Below are positions 57,166-64,000 of a stretch of DNA of 64,000 nt, in pieces. Position 1 is the stretch's first letter. Each line of letters begins with the position of its first letter. The notes under the pieces are model-generated. The model was not told the origin of the DNA and did not search any database. It saw only the letters and a program-made list of their open reading frames with translations. Where the stretch lies: positions 1,915 through 65,914 of the forward strand of contig SVLR01000010.1 in the NCBI GenBank assembly GCA_015067785.1, read 5' to 3'. The translations under genes and the position numbers were made by a program. Source of the DNA: Oscillospiraceae bacterium (lineage in GTDB: Bacteria > Bacillota > Clostridia > Oscillospirales > Oscillospiraceae).

Positions 57166-58539
57166 TCAGATCTTCTCGCCGCATTCCTGACAGAACTTGG
57201 CACCGGTGGGTAGCTCTGCGCCACACTTGGCACACTTCACAACCAAAGAAGCACCACATTCCATACAGAACTTACCCTTTGCAGTCTTCTTACCGCACAC
57301 AGGGCAAATCACTTCATTTTCGTTCAGTAACGCAATCTTCGTTCCACACTCTGCACAGAACTTGGAGTTTTCAGGAAGTTCGCTGTTACAATTTGGACAG
57401 GTAATTTTCTTGATAACGGACTGCTCGGTGCCAAAGCCTTTAAACATCTCACCAAACTGAGGAACAACTGCGCCGGCTGCGGCCATACCTACACCTATGC
57501 CGATCATATCCCCTGCCACACCGGCTCCGCCACCGGAGATGGTCATATTCCCAATGCCCTCAGCATAAGCCTTTTGGACCTCAGCCTGCAAAACATCCTT
57601 TTGGCTATAGCCCTTGGCGCGCATAACTTCCGCCTCGGCAAGTCCGGTCACTTTCGTTGCCTGTGCGCGGATCAATTCCCGTTCTGCCGCACGGCGCTCC
57701 CGCTCAGTAGCAGTGGTTTCTTCTTCCAGTACAGCTTGTCTTTGTGCGGCGGTTACCGCAGCAGCGGCCTCCGCTTTAGATACCTCGTAAGAAGCTCCAG
57801 CCTCCACCATTTTCTTTTCCAGAGAATAGGAATGCAGTTTACGCATCTTCTCGACATTTGGATCATTTTCAGGAAGAACAACCGTAGTTACATAGAACTC
57901 GGGAATGGTAAGGCCGTATTCCTCAAAGCCGGGGGTGATACTGCGTTTCAGCACATCAGACAATACACCCAGATTTTCATCTACCTCAAGAATGTTGATA
58001 CCCTGACTCTTGATACAAGAGGAAAGGTTGGTTTTGACTGCGGTAGAGATCAGAGGTCGGAAGGAAGATGCAAGGGATTTTGTAAAGCCGTTATGGTCAT
58101 CCCAGGCAATTCCCTTCATCGTTCCCACCAACTTAACTAAAAGCTTACGGGAATCGGAAACGGTAAGGTTCATTTCACCGCAGGCGCCGATTTCCAGTGG
58201 AACACCGTATGTAGGCTCCAGAAATCTTACCTTGCTGTCCGTACCCCATTTAAAGGCCATTTGTACGGTTTTATTGATAAAGTAGACCTCGCAATGGAAC
58301 GGTGTTCTCCCACGAATCCCCTGTCGAAGCTGCTTGCCGATCATAGGAATATTTTCCGTTTCCAGCGTATATCTGCCGGGTCCGAATAGGTCAAGCGCCT
58401 GACCGTTCATAAAGAAGATCGCTTCCTGACTTTCATGGACGATCAATTGGGTAAGGCTGTTAAAATCCGTACGGGGATGCTTCCACACAAAGGTACTGTT
58501 ATCTCCCTCGTACTTAATAACATCTGCAATAGGGGACAT
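57166..58539 (-). CDS. SPFH (band 7, YdjI-like) domain protein with C-terminal zinc ribbons
   Basis: WKHP, LIVHESQEAIF..G..GPGRYTL, EVYFIN, KWGT; Gly-rich linker; six CxxC pairs. Confidence 0.88.
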   Translation of the reverse strand: MSPIADVIKYEGDNSTFVWKHPRTDFNSLTQLIVHESQEAIFFMNGQALDLFGPGRYTLETENIPMIGKQLRQGIRGRTPFHCEVYFINKTVQMAFKWGTDSKVRFLEPTYGVPLEIGACGEMNLTVSDSRKLLVKLVGTMKGIAWDDHNGFTKSLASSFRPLISTAVKTNLSSCIKSQGINILEVDENLGVLSDVLKRSITPGFEEYGLTIPEFYVTTVVLPENDPNVEKMRKLHSYSLEKKMVEAGASYEVSKAEAAAAVTAAQRQAVLEEETTATERERRAAERELIRAQATKVTGLAEAEVMRAKGYSQKDVLQAEVQKAYAEGIGNMTISGGGAGVAGDMIGIGVGMAAAGAVVPQFGEMFKGFGTEQSVIKKITCPNCNSELPENSKFCAECGTKIALLNENEVICPVCGKKTAKGKFCMECGASLVVKCAKCGAELPTGAKFCQECGEKI

Positions 58540-58699
58540 TCTTCTTTTCTCCTTCCGGCAATATAACGTATCGCTATCGAAACAACTGCGAGTTTCCATC
58601 GTTATCAACGCGATTTCGTACAAACACTGCCATATGCATATATTTCGATATAATAATTCTATCACGGTCATACAGATTTTGCAATCATTTATACAAAAA

Positions 58700-58730
58700 T
58701 AAAGGAGCAGGTCTTGCACCTGCTCCTTTA
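58700..58730 (-). terminator. intrinsic terminator
   Basis: TAAAGGAGCAGGT-cttgc-ACCTGCTCCTTTA. Confidence 0.8.
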
Positions 58731-58764
58731 TTACATCGCACTTGGCTTTTAATATCTCTGTATC

Positions 58765-60972
58765 TCAGCCGGTGTAACCCCAGATGATTTCTAAATTTTC
58801 CTGCCACTCGGGCAGTGCCCACTCAGAGCCATTATACTCGAGATAAAAACACACCCAATTGGAGTCCCAGTTCTCTCCTGCCTTTTCTGCCTCGCAGTAG
58901 ATTTTCTTCAATTGCCTGCATTGCGCAAATACATCAAATCCCATTCTTTCCACGCTCTTTGGAATCGTAATCTTATTCAAAGAAGAACAATCACTAAACG
59001 CACCATCACCTATGTTCGTTACGCCGTTCGGAATTGTCAATTCCGTCAAACTCGTACAGCTATCAAATGCATTATTGCCGATGCTATTTACACTCTCGGG
59101 GATAACCACTGTTTTGAGCATTTTACAGTCAATAAATGCATTGTTGTCAATGTTTGTCACTCCGTCCGCAATAATAACGCGCTCGAGCTTCTCCAGATGT
59201 GCAAATGCCCTTTCCGAAATTTCCGCTACATCTGCCGGAATTTCCAGTTCCGTAATATTGCAAACTTCGGGATAGAGGGTTTTATCCAATCTATTTACCC
59301 AAGCTTTAAAACAACCATCCGGCTCTTTATACCACTTGAACTGCTGCATTTTCTCGTATGCTGTTTGGGCACTGATTTCTCCAGCATATAATGCCGCAGG
59401 AATACTTCTGTACCCATACTCCGCCAAACCCAATGCAGTTGCACAAATCAATAAAACGGCCAGCACCGATAACACAATGGCAATTTTCATTTTGCCGCGT
59501 TTTGCAGACGTAGCTGTTTTCACTTTTATTTTTTTCTCTTTCGCCTTTTGCCGCTTCTGCTTTTTGAGCTGTTCCTTTTGTTCTCGTGCTTCCTCCAAAC
59601 GTGCAATTTCCTGACGACAAATTTCGATTTTTTGATCTGCATCCTGCCAGCCGGAAATTTTCTCAAACTCGGAAATGGCACGCTTATATGCCTCAGCAGT
59701 CACCATGCGGCCGGACATATGTGCATATCCGCGCTTATAGATCTCTTTCTTCTGGGCGTATTCCGCGTATTCCCGCAGCTTTTTTCTCAGCGCCTCATCT
59801 CCATACCGCATTGCCTTTTGATAATTGACATTGTTTTCTATGGCGTGACCGAGGCTGATAAGCTCTTCTTGTTTTTTTACGTGGAATTGCGCTAAAAGCT
59901 TTCCTAAATAGGCCGCTGCATTTTCATCATCCATATCGAGAATTCTTTCGCAGCATTCGTCTGCAGCCGTCCATTTTTCTTCTTCCAAAAATCTATAGAC
60001 ACGGCGGAGCATCGTCTCCACATTTCCGCTCCCGCCTACAATAACACGCTCCTGTACAATGGTTGCGGTGTTTTGCTTTTTGGGCATCAGCTTTTCAATT
60101 CCGCGCAATAGATCTTGAACGGCACCTACTTTACCCATATCTTGCGCTTGCAATTTTGCAAACTCCTTAGGCATATCATAAACATCAATGCCCTTATAGC
60201 AAGGGATCAGGTGCTTGTCCTTATCCTTCGCCATCAGCTTTAGGAATCGGGACCACTCATTCTTAACCCAGACTGCACTGAAATACTCATAATCAGTACC
60301 AAATACCAACATGATCTTGGCAGAATTCAGCGCCGCAAAGATATACGGCTCATATTCTACGCCCAACTTATCCTCCAGCGTGATTCGGGAGAAAAACACA
60401 CGGTATCCTCGATCAGTCAAAACATCATATACATCCTGGGCAAGTACGCTATCCCATGTACGGTCACCGTTTTCAGCGGTTTCCTTATAGCAGAGGAAAA
60501 TATCGTAAGGTTCTTCGTTAGCAGACACTGCAATAATTCCCTTTCGAATTGCTTCAATCTGCTTTGCTTCCTCGCGGTAGACCTTACGAGCTGCTGTATC
60601 GGCATTTTCCAGTACCTGTTCAAAATCGCTGTCGTCCATAATGCTATCAAAGCTGGAGCGGTGACAAGTGGGAATCTTCTTGCCGGTAATAGGATCGTCT
60701 ACATACTCAATACCGTATTTGCATAGCACAAGACCCCAATAAGCCTCTGCTTCCTCCGGAAACTCGGTAACAATTGTCTCGTAGATACCTGCCGCTTTAT
60801 CAAAATAGCAGGCCATACGGAGTCGGTTGGCTCTGGCAAACAGCGCCAGCTTTTTCTCATCATCCACGGCAGGCAATGTCTGTATGCTGCCGCAATATTC
60901 ACATTCGGCAATCGTGCTGCCCCCTGTCAGGACCAGATCACCGCCACACATTTTGCATTTCAAAATTGCCAT
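58765..60972 (-). CDS. Zn-ribbon/TPR/TIR-TM-LRR_5 protein
   Basis: CKMC..CEYC; AEAYWGLV TPR-like; YDIFLCYKE..GYRVFF..WVKNEW TIR; Lys-rich coil; one TM; IP..V..IG..AF..C..L repeats. Confidence 0.88.
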   Translation of the reverse strand: MAILKCKMCGGDLVLTGGSTIAECEYCGSIQTLPAVDDEKKLALFARANRLRMACYFDKAAGIYETIVTEFPEEAEAYWGLVLCKYGIEYVDDPITGKKIPTCHRSSFDSIMDDSDFEQVLENADTAARKVYREEAKQIEAIRKGIIAVSANEEPYDIFLCYKETAENGDRTWDSVLAQDVYDVLTDRGYRVFFSRITLEDKLGVEYEPYIFAALNSAKIMLVFGTDYEYFSAVWVKNEWSRFLKLMAKDKDKHLIPCYKGIDVYDMPKEFAKLQAQDMGKVGAVQDLLRGIEKLMPKKQNTATIVQERVIVGGSGNVETMLRRVYRFLEEEKWTAADECCERILDMDDENAAAYLGKLLAQFHVKKQEELISLGHAIENNVNYQKAMRYGDEALRKKLREYAEYAQKKEIYKRGYAHMSGRMVTAEAYKRAISEFEKISGWQDADQKIEICRQEIARLEEAREQKEQLKKQKRQKAKEKKIKVKTATSAKRGKMKIAIVLSVLAVLLICATALGLAEYGYRSIPAALYAGEISAQTAYEKMQQFKWYKEPDGCFKAWVNRLDKTLYPEVCNITELEIPADVAEISERAFAHLEKLERVIIADGVTNIDNNAFIDCKMLKTVVIPESVNSIGNNAFDSCTSLTELTIPNGVTNIGDGAFSDCSSLNKITIPKSVERMGFDVFAQCRQLKKIYCEAEKAGENWDSNWVCFYLEYNGSEWALPEWQENLEIIWGYTG

Positions 60973-61050
60973 AAACCTGTTCTCCTCAATTTAATGCATT
61001 GTATTTATTGATTTTATCATATATGCAGATATTTTGCAATAATTGCATAG

Positions 61051-61079
61051 AAATAAGGAGGCTGACAGCCTCCTTATTT
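61051..61079 (-). terminator. intrinsic terminator
   Basis: AAATAAGGAGGCT-gac-AGCCTCCTTATTT. Confidence 0.75.
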
Positions 61080-61484
61080 CTTGAATACAAAAAATTTACT
61101 GAGCACATAGTTAAATACGATGACGAATACCGCAAGGAGCAGCTTCATGATATTGCCGTTCCAGCCGAGGATATCCACCGTCAGCAGCAGGCTCACGGTT
61201 TCCACAGCGCCGGAGGCTACCCGGCTGCCCACAAAGCGGAGAAGCTCGCCAAACACACCGTCACCCCAGCTTTTGCTCTCAAATACAAACAGCTTATTGG
61301 TCACATAGGCAAATGCCACCGCCGCCACCCACGCGATGCCGTTACACACCGACGCAGGGAGACCCACAAAATTATAAAGGGGCAGGTAGACAGCATAGTT
61401 AACTACCGTAGTCAGCACGCCGAACACCAAATATATGACCGTAGCGCGGTATTTTTCATATAGCGCTTTTAGCTTTTCGTACAC
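61074..61484 (-). CDS. GtrA family flippase-like protein
   Basis: YLVFGVLTTVVN, AY.TNK.FVF, NYVLSKFFVF. Confidence 0.9.
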   Translation of the reverse strand: MYEKLKALYEKYRATVIYLVFGVLTTVVNYAVYLPLYNFVGLPASVCNGIAWVAAVAFAYVTNKLFVFESKSWGDGVFGELLRFVGSRVASGAVETVSLLLTVDILGWNGNIMKLLLAVFVIVFNYVLSKFFVFKK

Positions 61485-61499
61485 AGTATATTTCCTCTC

Positions 61500-62138
61500 T
61501 TAAAGGCCTAAATCCTCGCCCACCAAAATAAATTTGATACGACCCTGCGGGCGGCAGTTGCGGGTAATAATGATCTGATTGCAGATGCAACTTACACTCT
61601 TGCAGTCCGCGCAGGTGCCGGTAACGGTGCAGGGATTTTCCAGCAGAAAGCGCTGCTGATTCAGCGGTGCTGCCACCGTCCGGGCGCGACGGACAGCTTC
61701 TTCCAAAGTGTCCGTCACCTTGTTCATACCGGCAATGACGAGAACAGTCTTCGGTCCAAAGGCAATAGCAGCCACCCGGTTACCGGTACCGTCAATATTG
61801 ACCATCTGTCCATCCAAAGAAAGACCGTTGGCACCGGTGAGATAGACATCCGCGCCCAAATGCTTGTGCATAAGCGCTGCCCGCTCCTCAGCTGTGGCGC
61901 AGCTCTCCCTGTCCATAGGCGCATAATTGCCGTTTTTCAGGGCATCCATCAGTCCGATCTGCTGGGCAGACATAGCGCCGCCCCAGCCCACAGTCGCGCC
62001 CTCCGGGATCCATTCCAGCGCCTTTTTCAGTGCTTCTTCCCGGGTTTGGCAGTAGCAAGCGTCAAAATGTCGGCTCTGTAAATTCTTCACCAGCATTTTG
62101 CCGCGTTTTTCATAATATAATTCCTTTAGTGCAGCCAT
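61500..62138 (-). CDS. LUD-domain (lactate utilization/YkgG-like) protein
   Basis: GWGG, ADVYLTGAN, NIDGTGNRVA, C..TG.C.DC...C. Confidence 0.85.
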   Translation of the reverse strand: MAALKELYYEKRGKMLVKNLQSRHFDACYCQTREEALKKALEWIPEGATVGWGGAMSAQQIGLMDALKNGNYAPMDRESCATAEERAALMHKHLGADVYLTGANGLSLDGQMVNIDGTGNRVAAIAFGPKTVLVIAGMNKVTDTLEEAVRRARTVAAPLNQQRFLLENPCTVTGTCADCKSVSCICNQIIITRNCRPQGRIKFILVGEDLGL

Positions 62139-62148
62139 AGGCTTTTCC

Positions 62149-63426
62149 TCACTTGTTTAGCAGTTTCTCAAGCGCCGCCAGCTTCAGGCAGGTGCAGAAC
62201 ACATCCATTGCCTTCTGTAGCTCCTCCACCGGAGGCAGACTGGGCGCAATACGGATATTGCTGTCATTAGGGTCAATGCCGTAAGGGTAGGTTGCGCCGG
62301 CAGGGGTCATAACCACGCCAGCCTCCTTACACAGCGCCAGCGCCCGTTTTGCCGTGCCGGGCATTGTATCGAGGCTTACAAAATAACCGCCCGTGGGATT
62401 TCCCCAGCTGGCAAAGCCGCATGGCTTCAGCTGCTCCTCCAAAATATCGGCAACCACCTGGAATTTGGGCGCCATAATGGCTGCATGCTTCTTCATAAGC
62501 TCCAGCGTGTGGGCACGGTCCTTCAGGAAACGAACATGGCGGAGCTGGTTGACCTTGTCATAGGAGATCATCTGCACGGAGAACAGCCGCAGAAAGTAAT
62601 CCACATTGGCTTCTGAGCAGGCAAGCACCGAAACGCCCGCGCCGGCAAAGGTGATCTTGGAGGTAGAAGCAAATTCGTAGACCATATCGGGGTTGCCGTA
62701 CTCCTCGCACAGACCGATGATATCCGGGAACTCCACATAATCGCCCATAAATTCGTGGACACAGTAAGCGTTATCCCACATAATGGCAAAGTCCGGCGCG
62801 GCAGGCTTCAGCGCCGCAAAGCGGCGGACGGTCTCGTTGGAGAAGATAATGCCGGTGGGATTGGAATACTTGGGCACCACCCAAATACCCTTTACTGCCG
62901 GGTCTTTGACATATTCCTCTACTAAGTCCATATCCGGACCTTCCGGGGTCATAGGCACGGTGATCAGCTCCGCACCGAAAAACTCGGTGATGCGGAAATG
63001 CCGGTCATAGCCGGGAGAAGGGCAAAGGAACTTGACCTTTTCCTCCTTGCTCCAGGGGCGGGGGCTGTGAAGTAATCCGTGGCTGTACGCCCGGGAGATC
63101 ACATCAAAGGCAAGATTGAGGCTGGAAGTACCGCCAAGAACAGTCTGCTCCGGCTTACAGCCCAAAATGTCCGCCCAAAAGGCTCTCGCGCTGGGCATAC
63201 CTGCCAGCTCACCGTAGTTCCGGACATCCGTATTGTCCGCAACGCAATCCTCCGGCTCGCTGAGAACTGTCAAAATTCCGCTGACGGCGTCCAGCTGGGC
63301 CTTTGCCGGCTTGCCGCGGGCCATATTAAGATCCAAACCCTGTGCTCTGCATTCTTCAAAATGGGCCTTTTCCTTGGCGTAAGCAGCAGATAGCTGCTCT
63401 TTGCTCATTTCCGCGTAGACTTGCAT
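62149..63426 (-). CDS. class I/II PLP-dependent aminotransferase (aspartate aminotransferase-like)
   Basis: LNMARGKP, PGYDRHF, PKYSNPTG, WDNAY, STSKITF, RIAPS. Confidence 0.88.
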   Translation of the reverse strand: MQVYAEMSKEQLSAAYAKEKAHFEECRAQGLDLNMARGKPAKAQLDAVSGILTVLSEPEDCVADNTDVRNYGELAGMPSARAFWADILGCKPEQTVLGGTSSLNLAFDVISRAYSHGLLHSPRPWSKEEKVKFLCPSPGYDRHFRITEFFGAELITVPMTPEGPDMDLVEEYVKDPAVKGIWVVPKYSNPTGIIFSNETVRRFAALKPAAPDFAIMWDNAYCVHEFMGDYVEFPDIIGLCEEYGNPDMVYEFASTSKITFAGAGVSVLACSEANVDYFLRLFSVQMISYDKVNQLRHVRFLKDRAHTLELMKKHAAIMAPKFQVVADILEEQLKPCGFASWGNPTGGYFVSLDTMPGTAKRALALCKEAGVVMTPAGATYPYGIDPNDSNIRIAPSLPPVEELQKAMDVFCTCLKLAALEKLLNK

Positions 63427-63645
63427 ACAATTAACCACCCTAACTTATAACAGAATTGTTATAGGTATTATACACATTGGATAAATAAAACGCAATGGAT
63501 TTTTTCAAAAAAAGCGGGATCTGTACATTTTTGTAGCATTACACAACAATCTGTCGTTCTGCAAAAGAAAATTATGCATATTTATCCTTGCAATCTCCAT
63601 TTTCATCCGTTAAAATAAAAAAATAAAAGAATTGGAGGAGAGATT

Positions 63646-64000
63646 ATGGTTCCTGCTGTAAACATACCGGAACTATTCGGCAGTGATGTATTCAACGAAG
63701 CCACCATGCGCAGCCGCCTCACCGGCGAGATTTTTGCCGCGTGGAAGCAATGCATTGAAAACGGCACCTCGCTCCCTTTGGATGTGGCAAACGAGATCGC
63801 TGTTGCGATGAAGCAATGGGCCATCGAAAAGGGCGCAACCCACTATACCCATTGGTTCCAGCCTATGACCGGCATTACTGCAGAGAAGCACGACTCCTTT
63901 ATCACGCCTGCTGATGACGGCACCGTCATTATGGAGTTTTCCGGCAAAGAGCTGGTTCGGGGCGAGCCCGATGCCTCCTCTTTCCCCTCCGGTGGCTTAC
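63646..64000 (+). CDS. glutamine synthetase type III (5' part, runs off window)
   Basis: RBS GGAGGAG; [51 protein letters not shown]. Confidence 0.92.
   Translation, partial: MVPAVNIPELFGSDVFNEATMRSRLTGEIFAAWKQCIENGTSLPLDVANEIAVAMKQWAIEKGATHYTHWFQPMTGITAEKHDSFITPADDGTVIMEFSGKELVRGEPDASSFPSGGL

Noticed and set aside
63520-63550. GlnR/TnrA box upstream of GSIII
   Set aside because: TGT...ACA spacing does not fit TGTNA-N7-TNACA convincingly

Overview
64-kb chromosomal window from a spore-forming anaerobic Bacillota, most likely Oscillospiraceae/Clostridia (inferred from spoIIID, nifJ, murT/gatD, GSIII and BspA-type LRR proteins). The core backbone is murT-gatD, an ABC exporter pair, pncC/thiI/comM, nifJ, spoIIID, rlmH, rsmE, glyA with a glycine riboswitch, glf, asnA, a MATE pump, mtnN-luxS, uvrB and a partial GSIII gene, plus three tRNAs (Leu-GAG, Ser-GGA, Thr-CGT). 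Five accessory regions interrupt it. (1) A 12-gene GNAT/NUDIX/APH/AlkZ array lies downstream of tRNA-Leu. (2) Two single-gene islets (a TIR gene and an orphan membrane protein) lie downstream of tRNA-Ser, each closed by a copy of the tRNA 3' end. (3) A ~9.6-kb decayed tyrosine-integrase element is inserted in the last codons of nifJ with a 13-bp direct repeat. (4) A lipoprotein gene with a structured leader is bracketed by 121-bp direct repeats in a REP/MITE patch. (5) A membrane cluster is headed by a Zn-ribbon/TPR/TIR-TM-LRR protein with Toll-like-receptor domain logic, followed by SPFH-Zn-ribbon, a multi-pass membrane protein, a MAG1210-like protein and LemA. The best candidates for new biology are the TLR-like TIR-TM-LRR/SPFH module and palindromic elements whose ends copy the T-arm of the neighbouring tRNA. 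All calls come from reading motifs by eye; no searches were run.
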